Part shown: positions 17,146 through 34,239 of the stretch, piece by piece
Layout: every line of letters starts with the position of its first letter
How positions within the stretch are numbered: position 1 is the first letter of the stretch
NCBI RefSeq assembly: GCF_009914755.1
Contig: NC_060944.1
From: the human T2T-CHM13v2.0 reference genome, Homo sapiens
DNA length: 64,000 nt
Strand: one strand, 5' to 3'
Program-made: the position numbers and the translations under genes
Notes under the pieces: generated by a model
Seen by the model: only the letters and a program-made list of their open reading frames with translations
The model's database searches: none
Told to the model about the DNA's origin: nothing

Positions 17146-18374
17146 TGAGTAGCTGGGACTGCAGGCGCCCACCACCACGCCCGGCTAATTTTTTTGTATT
17201 TTTAGTAGAGACGGGGTTTCACCGTGTTAGCCAGGATGGTCTCGATCTCCTGACCTCGTGATCCGCCCGCCTCGGCCTCCCAAAGTGCTGGGATTACAGG
17301 CGTGAGCCACCGCGCCTGGCCGCTCCTCTTCTTTATTCACTCGCTCATTTAATCAAGCAGCCAGTATTTACTGAGCACCTACTAGGTGCCAGCCTTTGTG
17401 CTAAGCACTGGGATTCTCACAAGACAAACAAGGGCACTGCTCTCACAGAGCCTACATTTTGTAGGTGGGCAAGGTAGGAACAACAACAACAAAAAAAAAC
17501 AAGAAAAAAAAAATATATGCTACTCAGCGGTAGGTGGCTCCTACAGAGTGAATGGTCTGGAAAGATGTCCCAAAGACACAGCTGAGCTGAGACCTGGGAG
17601 ACAAGAGACAGCAGCTTACGAGCTGTGGGACCCTGGACTAGTTAATTAACCCTGCTAAGCCTCCGTTTCCTGGAAAATAAAACAATGACAGTACCTAGTA
17701 TTGGACGATGCCATTAAGACAATCCACTTAAAATACCTAAGACAGTGATGCTGGCACCCAAGACACCAACGGAGTTTAACAAAATTCTTACAAGAAAAAC
17801 TACTGTGTGTCACTAGAACGGAAGCCCCACACTGTCAGGGATTTCTCTCGCACGTGTTGACCACTATATCCCTAATATTAAAACTGCCAGAGACAGAGTA
17901 AGTGCTCAGGAAATATTTATGGAGTGAATAAACGGATGAATCAACAGTAGCTATTTTTAGTCTTCATGCTATAAACCTCTGTTAACTTTTCTGTGAGTGT
18001 GTAGAGATCTGGATGCCCTTTCAAACAGCCGGCAATTCTCTGAAATATCCAAAAACAAGGCCAAGATTCTTAAGCACTGGTTTTCTGTGGTATCACACAC
18101 AAAACTGCATTTTTGAGTGCTTCTTTGTTGGTCAGGCTTATCCGATCCCAGTTAGGTGACTTCTCAGGCCCCGGGCAGGAGTCAGTGCCTCTCTCTACTT
18201 TCTCTTTGTTTGCTTTAGGAAGGGCCAGGATTCAGAATGAAAACATTACCTGTGGCCGGGTACAGTGTCTCATGCCTATAATCCCAGCAGTTTGGGAGGC
18301 CAAGGTGGGTGGATCACCTGAGGCTGGGAGTTTGAGGCCAGCCTGGCCAACATGGTCAAACCCTGTCTCTACTA

Positions 18375-18533
<159 letters not shown>

Positions 18534-18678
18534 TCAAAAAAAAAAAGAAAGAAAGAAAGAAAAGAAAAAGAAAACATTACTTGTAAAGTGAAAATAAAAT
18601 ACAAATCAACTTGTGAGACTATAAGGCACTGGTTAAGTAAATTAGAGATGTCTATTCAAAGAAATATGCTGTCATTCA

Positions 18679-18948
<270 letters not shown>

Positions 18949-19046
18949 CTAGTCATAAAACAATGTACACGCAGAAACAAACAGGAAGAAAACATCATCT
19001 GCTAAAAGGTTTGTGTTCATTGTGATTGTCTTTGAAGGAAAAATAA

Positions 19047-19472
<426 letters not shown>

Positions 19473-19612
19473 TAGACTTTTTCACTGCTCCCCTTATAAC
19501 ATAAACTATTCAAGAAGAGAGTGCCTGGCCAGGCCCTGGAGCCTGGAGCCCCACAGGAGGACAGACCACCCTGACTTGACAATTTAAGCTCAGTGTTCCT
19601 GTGACTTGGCTA

Positions 19613-20030
<418 letters not shown>

Positions 20031-20728
20031 TCACCTGAGGTCAGGGGTTTGAGACCAGCCTGGCCAACATGGCTAAACCCTGTGTCTACTAAAAATACAA
20101 AAAAAATCACTGGGCATGGTGGTGCATGCCTGTAATACTAGCTAGTTGGAAGGCTGAGGCATGAGAATTGCTTGAACCCAGAAGGCAGAGGTTGCAGTGA
20201 GCCAAGACCACACCACTGCATTCCATCCTGGGCAACAGAGTGAGACACTGTCTCAATAAATACATAAATAAGCCGGGCATGGTGGCCCATGCCTGTAATC
20301 CCAGCACTTTGGGAGGCCGAGGTGGATCACTTGAGATCACGAGTTTGAGACCAGCCTGTCCAACATGGTGAAACCCCATCCCTACTAAAAAAAAAAAAAT
20401 ACAAAAATTAGCCAGGTATGGTGGCATACACCTGTAACCCCAACTACTCAGGAGGCTGAGGCAGAAGAATTGCTTGAACCCAGGAGCCGGAGGCTGCAGT
20501 GAGCCGAGACTGCACCACTGCACTCCAGCCTGGGCAAAAGAGTGAGACTCTGTCTCAAAAAATAAAAAATAAGTAATAAATAAATAAATTTATTGGCTGG
20601 GCGTGATGGCTCACGCCTGTAATCCCAGCACTTTGGGAGACCAAGGCAGGCGGATCACAAGGTCAGGAGTTCGAGACCAGCCTGACCAACATGGTAAAAC
20701 CCCGTCTCCACTAAAAATACAAAAATTA

Positions 20729-20875
<147 letters not shown>

Positions 20876-21206
20876 TTAAAAAAAAAAAAATTTCTTATAA
20901 TACCATTATACTCCTATCAGAATGGCTGAAACAAAAGGTGACGGACAATACCAAGTGTTGATGAGGACATGGAACAACTGACCAGCTTGGTGGAAGTATA
21001 AATTAGTACAATTGCTTTGGAAAATTATCATTTTCTTCTAAAGCTAAACACAAATATACCCTAGGGCCCAGCAAAGCCACATAATACATACTGAATGATG
21101 TGTTCAAGAATGTTCATAGCAGCCGGGCGCGGTGGCTCACGCCTGTAATCCCAGCACTTTGGGAGGCCGAGGCGGGCAGGTCACAAGATCAAGACCATCC
21201 TGGCTA

Positions 21207-21422
<216 letters not shown>

Positions 21423-21509
21423 CTATTCATGACATTAATTTCAAATAAAAGCTTAATAACACTAAGAGATACTGCACATGCCAAGATGGCAATAAATGAG
21501 ACGCTTTCT

Positions 21510-22200
21510 ACGTTAGTTTCCTTGGGCTGCCATAATAAAATATCATAGACTGGATGGCTTAAACAACAGAAACTTATTTTCTCACAGTCCTGGAGGCCAG
21601 AAATCCAAGAACAAGGTGTCAGCAGGGTTGGTTTCTCCTGAGGCCTCTCTCCTTGGCTTGCAGACAGCCACCTTCCCCCTGTGTCCTCACACGGTCTTTT
21701 CTCTGGTGTCTCTTTTTTTTTTTTTCTTTCTTTCTTTCTTTTTGAGATGGAGTCTCGCTCTGTCGCCCAGGCTGGAGTGCAGGGGCATGATCTTGGCTCA
21801 CTGCAACCTCCGCTTCCTGGGTTAAAGCAATTCTCCTGCCTCGGCCTTCCTAGTAGCTGAGATTACAGGTGCACGCCACCACACCCGGCTAATTTTTGTA
21901 ATTTTAGTAGAGATGGGATATCACCATGTTGGCCAGGCTGGTTTTGAACTCCTGACCTCAGGTGATCCACCTGCCTCAGCCTCCTAAAGTTCTGGGATTA
22001 CAGGTGTGAGCCACCATGCCCAGCCTCTCTTTCTGTCTTAATCTCCTCCTATAAGGTCACCGGGCTGGATGGAAAAGGGCCCATCCTAACAGCTTCATTT
22101 TAAATTGATCACCTCTTTAAAGGCCCCCTGTCTCCAAATGCAGTCACATTCTGAGGTGCTGGGGATTCCAGCTTCAAACGTGAATTTGGGGAGGTGTGGG
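21510..22200 (-). mobile_element. MaLR LTR (MLT1A-like), split by an Alu
   Basis: gggctgccataataaaatatcatagactggatggcttaaacaacagaaacttatt...cagtcacattctgaggtgctgggg. Confidence 0.8.
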
Positions 22201-22426
22201 GGATCCACGTCTGCAACATTTCCCAAATGTTCTAACAGCACAAGGCTTCCTTAATTACTAAATCAGAAAGCTGACCTCATAGCAAGAACAATAGTCCAGA
22301 CTATATGAATTTCTCATCCAACAGGTGTCTTGAGTTTTGTTTTCGGTTTTGTTTTTTTTTTAAAAAGACAGGATGAGACACCTTAAAAGGACTATGGCCA
22401 CTCAGTGAGTATCAGCTTCCTTAGTC

Positions 22427-22759
<333 letters not shown>

Positions 22760-22879
22760 TGACTTTATCTCATCACTGCAAACTGCCCGTGGCACGTGGG
22801 AGATCCTGCCAGGCCCACGGTAGGAGCAGGGCACTGTTGACACTACAAACTGATTCTTCCTTGGGGACCGCCGCCAACA

Positions 22880-22997
22880 GGCTTTTCCTTGGCATTTGCT
22901 AAATGCCACAGAGATTTAATTGGGGCGAAGGAAGAGCATCCGGCCCAGTCCACCTTTCCAATTCTCACCAGAAGCCTTTCCCTGCTCGCACAGGGCC
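22880..22997 (+). repeat. Source copy of a ~118-bp dispersed duplication
   Basis: About 94% identical to 35339-35455. Confidence 0.93.
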
Positions 22998-24098
22998 TCT
23001 TCCAACTGTCTTCCCCCAGAGTTTCTGCAAATTCTGTTTAGACAAAAATAAAAGCAGGGCCAGGCACAGTGGCTGCTGCCTGTAGTCCCAGCACTTTGAC
23101 AGGCAGAGGTTGGCGGACTGCTTTAGCTCAAGAGTTTGAAACCAGCCTGAGCAACATGGAGAAACCCCATCTCTATAAAAAAATACAAAAATTAGCCAGG
23201 TATGGTGGTGCATGTTTGTAATCCCAGCTACTGGGGAGGCTGCAGCGGTAGGATTGTTTGAACCCAGGAGGCTGAGGTTGCAGTGAGATCGCACCCACTG
23301 TACTCCAGCCTGAGCAATAGAATGAGAGTACGTCTCAAAAAAAAAAAAAGGTTTTAAATGTATAAGCACAACCAACTATCCTATTTCTTTCCCCTTGTAG
23401 CAGTAACATTATGTGTTTAGACTGCGCCATTTCAGCATGGGCCACTAATTCCTAAATGTCAGGCATGACTTGGGGTATTTACAAATCTCAGGAACTTTTA
23501 TAGACTTCATGGTTTTCTTTAAATTGACTGCCTTTTATTTAAATTCTAAAAGGAAACTTCCTGCCATGACACAAGAAAGCAAGTATCATTTGGTACAAAC
23601 AGAAGGGCTCATAAAAATAATTGCTAACCTTTCATACATATATTAATCTTTCAAACTCACAAATTAGAGAAAACAGATACTAGTTGTTAAAATCAGAATC
23701 ATTCTAAATGTCATCAATAAAAATGTTATAATTAGTCTTTTTCTTTCCAAATTAAACCAAAATCACCACCTTCATGAGTGACCCTGAAGACACGTCCCAA
23801 CCCCTCCACCCCTTCAAAGGCAGTCATAAAATACAGCCAGCCCTTATCACTGACTTTCAACATTTCCATCTGGGTAAAGACACTAAAAGAACATTCTGTT
23901 CTGAGAAGTAAGGGACAAAAGTCCAAAGATGGCCGGTTCCATGCCTTGCCTCCTTTTTCCAACTTATTGCATGCAAGACAGAGGTCAAGGTCAAAGGGTG
24001 CCCCCATCTCCTTGCGGACTGGACTACAGGGACCTCCTCTCGCCAGCCAGCTGTACAGTAGGTAGAAAGAGCCCTTTTGGGCTGGGCGCAGTGGCTTA

Positions 24099-24746
<648 letters not shown>

Positions 24747-24797
24747 TCAAAACATACCCCTATATGCTTGGTATCTAATACTCCCTCCACCACATCA

Positions 24798-25165
<368 letters not shown>

Positions 25166-25242
25166 CTACATGCCACATATCTAATACTATCTCCACTTTG
25201 TCAAAGGAAGGACATTGAAACACACACCCACCCCACTATATA

Positions 25243-25855
25243 CAATTGATCCTCATAATTTATAATTTCTGTATTTGCAAATTCACCAAATCCCTCAAAC
25301 TTGTAATCCCAAATCAACAGCTGCAGCCCCTTCACAGTCACTAATGGATGCGTGCAGTGTAGCCAAAATGGTGAGTTGCTCCTCCCTGCCCCGCCCCCAG
25401 ACACACACATTCCCAGCTGAGGTGACACAAGGCTTCTCATTGCAGCTCTCACACTACAAATAGGAGTCATTTTTGTGGTCTCTTACTGCCACGATTTGTG
25501 CATTTTTGTGCTTTTCCCTGATGGTTTTGCAGTTTAAAATGGCCCCTCAGCACAGTGCAGAAGAACTAGTATCTCTAAGCACAGGAAGGCTGGGATGTGC
25601 CACGTGGAAAAAATACACGTGTCAGATAAGCTGCCTCCAGGCGTGAGTTACAGAGTTGTTGCCTGTGAGTTCGATGTTAATGAATCCATAACGTACATTA
25701 AATATGCGGTTTAAAAAACAGAAACACACCTAAAACGAGGTTCTTCATTGATCAGTCAACAAAAATAATGTGACCAGAGCCTCTCAGGAACCTAACCCCA
25801 TATTTCCCCTAAGAGCAATGGTTCCATATTCGAAAATTCAGTGCTCACAACAACT
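25243..25855 (+). mobile_element. MER82-like TcMar-Tigger element
   Basis: caattgatcctcat...ttcccagctgaggt...tttaaaatggcccc...ggaacctaaccccatatttcccctaagagcaatgg matches the recalled MER82 consensus. Confidence 0.75.
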
Positions 25856-26352
25856 GAAATAAAGAATGTAAGTACTGGGCAGGGCACGGTGGCTCACATC
25901 TGTAATCCCAGCACTTTGGGAGGCCAAGGCAGGCGGATCACCTGAGGTCAGGAGTTCGAGACTAGCCTGGCCAACATGGCGAAACCCCGTCTCTACTAAA
26001 ATTACAAAAATTAGCCGGGCATACTGGTAGGCATGTGTAATCCCAGCTACTTGGGAGGCTGAGGCAGGAGAATCACTTGAACTGGGAGGTGGAGGTTGCA
26101 GTGAGCCGAGATCATGCCACTGCACTCCAGCCTGGGCGACAGAGCAAGACTCCGTCTCAAAAAAAAAAAAAAAAAATGCCAGGTGCAGTGGCTCACGCCT
26201 GTAATAGCAACACTTTGGGAGGCCGAGGCAGGCGGATCACAAAGTCAAGAGATCAAGACCATCCTGGTCAACATGGTGAAACCCTGTCTCTACTAAAAAT
26301 ACAAAAATTAGCTGGGCGTGGTGGTGGCGCAGGCCTGTAGTAGTCCCAGCTA

Positions 26353-26457
<105 letters not shown>

Positions 26458-26869
26458 TCAAAATAAAAAACAAGAATGTAAGTCCTGAGAGTAATGAGAG
26501 TCCTACCTAACACCACCTCCATCACATCAAAGAGAAAGGGCATTTTTGTTTCCTTATCAGTAAAGCAAGAATAAAAAAAATTACCAACATCAAAGGGCCA
26601 TTGTGCAGCATGAAAGAGGAAACATGAGTTCAGAGCCAAAACACTGCAGGTCCTAAATAAATATTCATCTTTTTCCTCCACCGTCAGATAATGAGTCACA
26701 TAAACATGCTGACATAAGCTCTATGCTCTCAGGCAAAATGTAGGACCTCTGAAATGCCTCTGATGCCTCCACCCAGGTGGCGGGCTTCCTGTCTAGATTC
26801 CAGTCCCCTTTGTGGGATGGAAAGAGGAGCACGACAATCCGTTCCCAGGGTCTGCAGCACACATCGGTG

Positions 26870-27512
<643 letters not shown>

Positions 27513-27884
27513 GCCGGGCCAGGGTCAGTGGCTCACACCTGTAATCTCAGCATTTTGGGAGGCCAAGGTGGGCATATAACTTGAGGTCAGGAGTTCAAGG
27601 CCAGCTTGGCCAATACGGTGAAGCCCCGTCTCTACCAAAAATACAAAAATTAGGCCAGGCATGGTGGCTCACGCCTGTAATCCCAGCACTTAGGGAGGCC
27701 AAGGTGAGCGGATCATGAGGTCAAGAGATCGAGACCATCTCGGTCAACACGGTGAAACCCCATCTCTACTAAAAATACAATTAGCTGGGCGTGGTGGCAT
27801 GCGCCTGTAGTCCCAGCTACTCCGGAGGCTGGGGCAGGAGAACTGCTTGAACCGGGAGGCAGAGGTTGCAGTGAGCCAAGATCA

Positions 27885-28172
<288 letters not shown>

Positions 28173-28274
28173 TCACTCTGTTGCCGAGGCTGGAGTGCAG
28201 CGGTATGATCAGGGTTTACCGCCACCTACGCTTCCTGGGCTCAAGCACTCCTCCTACCTCAGCCTCCCAAGTAG

Positions 28275-28502
<228 letters not shown>

Positions 28503-31070
28503 TAAAGCAGCCAGACACAAAAGGCAACACGTGGTGTGATTCCATTGATAGACAATTTCCAGAAAGGGCAAACCTATGGAATCAGAAAGCGGATCACTGG
28601 TTGCCTGGGACTGGGGCAAGGGCAGGGATGAATTGCAGATGGGCTGGAGGAGACTTTCGGAGGTGATGGAAACATTCAAAACCCATGCCGGAGTGATGGT
28701 TGCATAACTCCATACACCTGGTTTTTTTTTAATCAATGGTTTACATACTTTTTTTTTTTTTTTTGAGATGGAGTCTCGCTGTGTCGCCCAGGCTACAGTG
28801 CAGTGGCGCGATCTCGGCTCACTGCCAGCTCTGCCTCCTGGGTTCACGCCATTCTCCTGCCTCAGCCTCCTGAGTAGCTGGGACTACAAGTGCCCGCCAC
28901 CATGCCCGGCTAATTTTTTGTATTTTTAGTAGAGATGGGGTTTCACTTGTGTTAGCCAGGATGGTCTGGATCTCCTGACCTCCTGATCCGCCCACCTTGG
29001 CCTCCCAAAGTGCTGGGATTACAGGAATGAGCCACCGCACCTGGCCAGTTTACATACTTTCAATAGATGTATGCTATATAAATTATACTTCAATAAAGCT
29101 GTTTAAAACATTGTGGTAGACAACATATCTATTCAGTTCTTCTTTCTCAATCTGATTCATATTCAAAACTTCCTAGTCCCCCAAATCCAAATATATCAAG
29201 CATCAAAGCATCCTCATCCAGTGTGGCCACCCACAAAACGTAGATTGTTACAATGACGCAAAGTCTTGGGCCACCTGGTACCTAAGCTCCCATCCTTGCC
29301 ACAACATCACACCAGGGCCTCGACATACCTGGACAGAATGCTCTACATAGTTATTCATTTTCCTAAATTTGATCAGGAAAAAGCAGTGAAATTCATATTT
29401 CTAAATTTCTCATAAAAGGCCCCTCCTCTCAAAGAAGCACACTGTAGACCCCAACGGTAAACCTCATGCAAACACCTAAGGATTACCATTAGCCCTAGTA
29501 AACACCTAAGGCATACTGAGCACTTATTCTCCTAAACTTTACATGGACTAAAAAACTATGAGATACATAATTATTGATATTCCCATTTTACAGATGAAAC
29601 AACTGAGACTCAGAGAGGTAAAGTTATTTTCCCAAGATCACACAGCTAGTAAGCAGCAGAGCCTGGGTGTGAACCCAGCTCCTCAATGGACTCCTGCGTC
29701 CTGGCTCCTAACAAATAATCCCTGCCATTTCACCACAAGAGGAGCTCCATTCAGCCATAAGCAAAGGGCATGATGTCATAAAATGGTTTCCAGCAATGGA
29801 GGTGAAATGCCTTGTTTCCTAACTACACCATTTCAAAAGTTTTCTCAACATCAGGATGTGGTAACTTTCTCAAGAGAGAAAAGAACTTTGAAGCCAGGAG
29901 ATTCCTCCAAAAATAAGCTGCACGTCTTCGCAACATTCGCTGAGTGACCCCAGAAATAACTGCATTCTGTCCCCTATGACATGTGGCATCGTTTTTGGTT
30001 TTTTTAACCACAAATCTTCCAACCATTCCACAGCTTTATTGCCTAGAACCATTAGGTGAAATGGGTGGATCCGGTTCAAAACTGCCTCCTCTCACAACCT
30101 CCAAGACCACGAACACATTAATATCAGTGAATCTTTGTTTCCCTGTCAATAAAATGGGAGAATTTTTTTTTTTGAGATGGAGTCTTGCTTCTTCACCCAG
30201 GCTGGAGTGCAGTGGTACAATCCTGACTCACCGCAACCTCCACATCCTGGGTTCAAGCAATTCTCCTGCCTCAGCCTCCCCAGTAGCTGGAATTACAGGC
30301 ACCACCACCACACCCGGCTAATTTTTGTATTTTTAGTAGAGACAGGGTTTCACCATGTTGGCCAGGCTGGTCTCGAACTCCTGACCTCGAGTGATCCGCC
30401 CACCTTGGCCTCCCAAAGTGCTGGGATTACAGGCTTGAACCACCACATCTGGCCCCTAAAATGGGAGAATTAACTCCAAAAACTCACATGGTTGTTGTAA
30501 GGATTAAAACAGCCCTATTTATCTCAAGTGTCCAGCAGACAGCCTGACCCATTACATATTACTTTTTTCTTCCTTTAACCACCCACCCACTTTAGCCCTC
30601 ACGCTGCCATCCCCCAGCCCCTAGTTCTATTTCAGGAAGCTCCTCCATCTCTCTGTGCTTCTCAAGAGTTTCTAAACTTCAGGATTCCACCTTGATGTTG
30701 CTACTCCTGAAAATGCAGATTATATACAAGAGCATTTACGCAAATGCACAGCAACCCTGATACACAATTTGAATCCAAATCCATGTCACTGTTTAAGAAA
30801 TAGATTGGCCAGACACAGTGGCTCACATCTGTAATCACAGCACTTTGGGAGGCCAAGGTGGGTGGATCACCTGAGGTAAGGAGTTCGAGACCAGCCTGAC
30901 CAACATGGAGAAACCCCATCTGTACTAAAAATACAAAATTTGCCGGGCATGGTGCATGCCTGTAATCCCAGCTACTCAGGAGGCTGATTCAAGGAGAATC
31001 GCTTGAACCTGGAATGCGGACGTTGCAGTGAGCCGAGATCGTGCCAGCCTTGGCAACAAGAGTGAAGCTA

Positions 31071-31395
<325 letters not shown>

Positions 31396-31611
31396 CTACA
31401 TCGTCTCAAAAAAAAAGAAAGATTAGTTCCAAAGCTGGTAAATTCTAAAGGGGCTGTGATGCTCCATTCCAACGCAACCTAGAAAACTTACTTTTAAATA
31501 AAATTATCTGCACCACTCCCTCTGGCTCTCCATATGAACGGCTCATGTTTCTATCACGCTAATGATCACTTTTGAACAATATTTGCATTTTTCTTTCATG
31601 TACTGACTCAA

Positions 31612-31780
31612 AAGTTCTCAACTCTGACTGCATGTTAAAATCATCAGGGGAGCTTATTAAAATATATAGATAGAAACCCAGGTCCCACCCTAAATTCTTA
31701 TTTCAAAGGTCTAGAATGAATCAGAAAAGGCTAGTTAAGTTTCCCTGGTGATTGCAATGAACAGCCAGGGTCAGGACACC
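31612..31780. mobile_element. MER5-family (hAT-Charlie) relic, AT-drifted
   Basis: gttctcaactctgactgcatgttaaaatcatcaggggagctt...ggtcccaccc...ttccctggtgattgcaatg. Confidence 0.6.
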
Positions 31781-32502
31781 CACACCTGTTGGGCAGGTCT
31801 TCTTTAATTCATCCTTGCATCCCCATCAGCTGGAGTGGCTCCTGCACATAGTAGGCGTCTCATAATTGCTCATGGCACAAATTAATAACCACTGGATTTT
31901 AGACTCCACTGATCATATTAATTCATCACAGTATTTACGGAGGATGTACGATGTACCAGGCACTGTTCCAGGCATAGTGTTCAAGTCAATTGTCATCATT
32001 AAAACGAAGGAGGCCAGGCGCGGTGACTCACGCCTGTAATCCCAGCACTTTGGAAGGCCGAGGTGGGTGGATCACGAGGTCAGGAGTTCAAGACAAGCCT
32101 GGCCAAGATGGTGAAACCCCCGTCTCTACTAAAAATACAAAAACTAGTCAGGCGTGGTGTCGGGCGCCTGTAATCCCAGCTACTCGGGAGGTTGAGGCAG
32201 AGAATTGCTTGAACCCGGGAGGCGGAGGTTGCAGTGAGCCGAGATCTCGCCACAGCACTCCAGCGTGGGCAACAGAGGGAGACTCCGTCTCAATAATAAT
32301 AATAATACTAATAATAATAAACGCAAAACAGAGAAGGGAGGAGTGAGGGAACTATCTTTGGGTCAGACAATCCGGAGTTCAATCTCCATTTTGCAGTCTT
32401 CCCTATAGCCCTTAACCTCCGTAACCTCCAGTTTCCTCCTCTGGGTAATATCAGTGAGGCCTCTTCTTCGGAGGATTCAGGAAGCCAGGGACAAAGACCC
32501 CA

Positions 32503-32515
32503 CAAAATGGCCGCC
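32503..32515 (+). promoter_or_regulatory. YY1-type motif CAAAATGGCCGCC
   Basis: Matches CAAnATGGCnGC at the CpG-island edge. Motif match only. Confidence 0.45.
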
Positions 32516-32705
32516 AGCACCATTCTTTTTTTTTTTTTAATTCCACTGACACCTGGTGAAGCCACCCTTATGGTTCACTCCACCCGCTGCGTCTCCTGTT
32601 CCGAGCAACTGACGCTGCAATAAGCGGCCGCCACCGGGAAATGCCCAGAGAGGACCAGACGCCCGAGGAAGGGCGGAGCAGAGCGGCCGCAGGCCCCGCC
32701 CAACA

Positions 32706-32840
32706 CCGCGCTCAGCCTCCCGCGGGCTCCAGCCTCACCTGCGCGGCCTGTGGAGCTGCACATCTCCAGGCCCCGCCCCCCAGAACTCTGATTGGCGGGT
32801 CTAGGCGGGGGCCGGGAAATCTGCATTTGCACCAGCGCCC
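32706..32840 (+). mobile_element. MER5A-derived sequence inside the CpG island, GC-drifted
   Basis: Colinear with the recalled MER5A consensus (TCACCTG...GCAGATT..GGCCCCACCCCCAGA..TCTGATT..GGTCT..GGGGCC..AAT.TGCATTT). Confidence 0.6.
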
Positions 32841-33380
32841 ACCCCCGTCCTTCCCACCCCCGCCCCTCACGCCCAGGTAAGTCTATGGCAGGCGATACGA
32901 GAGCCCCGCAAACCTCAACGCGTCACGCTGCCATCCTCCGAACAGGAAGACGGCGAGGCGCAAAATACCAACCCGTCCCCTCTTCCCAAATGCAGAAAAA
33001 CCCTTGCCTGTTCCGCGCCTAAGCTGCCCTCGGGGTCTCCTACTGCGGGAAGGGCACAGCAGGTGGCAGCCCCTGTCCCAGCCGTGGGATTCCTTCCCCG
33101 AAATTGTGGGGGGAGAACACAAGGGGTAGTGTCACCAAGCGGCCAGTAGGAGACCCTCCCACCCTCCTGCGACTGCTGGTTCGGGTCCACCCCGGGCGGA
33201 GGGGGAAGGGGCCACCGGAGCGCAGGTGGTCTCGGCGCAGCCTCCTGGGGCTGGGACCCAGGGGCGCTGATGGGGTACCCCGAGGCGTAGGCCGCGCCCC
33301 CCTAAAAGCTGAGCATATCTGGGCTCCCGAGTAATGCTCCAAGCGCAGAGCTCGGTGTGACACTGACCAAATTGTTACCT

Positions 33381-33414
33381 CAGATATTAATTACGGACAG
33401 ATATTAATTACGGA
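33381..33414. repeat. Perfect 17-bp tandem duplication cagatattaattacgga x2
   Basis: Copies at 33381-33397 and 33398-33414. Confidence 0.95.
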
Positions 33415-33749
33415 ACAATAAAACGGTGAGAAAGCACGGCTGATCCGAATTCCGCGAGTGTGTAAACAGCACTGGGGCGGGCCCGGCTTCTCGGGGTTTC
33501 TAAAGGAAGGTGGGCAAGGAGGCCCAGGCAACCGGGCGCTCGAACCCCAAAGGGCCGGCATCAGGCTAGGTGCCGCCCGGGGCTGAAGCGCAGGGACCCC
33601 CTCCCCACCTCCCCGCCTCCCCAGCCCTGCCCCAGGCTCATGGCGCCGGGCGCGGCGCGCGGCCAACCTGTCAGGCCCGGCCAGGCTGGCCCGAGCGCCG
33701 GGCTCCGGGAGGCGCGGACAAAGGAAAACGCGGGCCCAGGCCCACTCAC

Positions 33750-33817
33750 CCGGCGCGGGGCCTGCTGTCCATCCGCTTCTTCTGGCGCACCGGCTGCAGC
33801 GGGATGTTGTCCGTCAT
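33750..33817 (-). CDS. ATP9A: ATP9A exon 1, coding part (P4-type ATPase / phospholipid flippase IIA)
   Basis: gccgccgacATG ACG GAC AAC... encodes MTDNIPLQPVRQKKRMDSRPRA(G), the known ATP9A N-terminus. 68 nt, ending at donor GG|GTGAGT (33749-33744), phase 2. Confidence 0.95.
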
Positions 33818-34239
33818 GTCGGCGGCGCCGCCCGCCTTGGCCGCCGCGCCCCCCGCGCCGCCTGGGCCGCCGCCCGGTCCGGCCTCCGCGCCGCCGCCCG
33901 CCGGCGCCGCGCCGCCCCGGGGGAGGAGGCGGCGGCAGCGGGCGGGCCGGGCCCGCAGCGAGGGGGCGAGCTCGCGAGCGCCGGGCCACGCGCGGAGCCG
34001 CCCGCGCGGCCCGACCGACGGACACGGGCGCACCATGGGCCCGAGCTCCGCGCTGCGCCCGCTCGCTCCGCGCCGCGCCGCGCCTGCCACGGGGGGCGGC
34101 CGGGCCGTGTCCGCGCCGCCGCGACCGCTGCAGTGTCCCCGCCCCCGGCCCGCGCCGCGCGCCCCCCACGCGCGCCCACCCGGCCACGCGCCCCCCGCCC
34201 ACGCCCGCCGTGCGCGCACCCTGCCACCGCACCCCCCGC

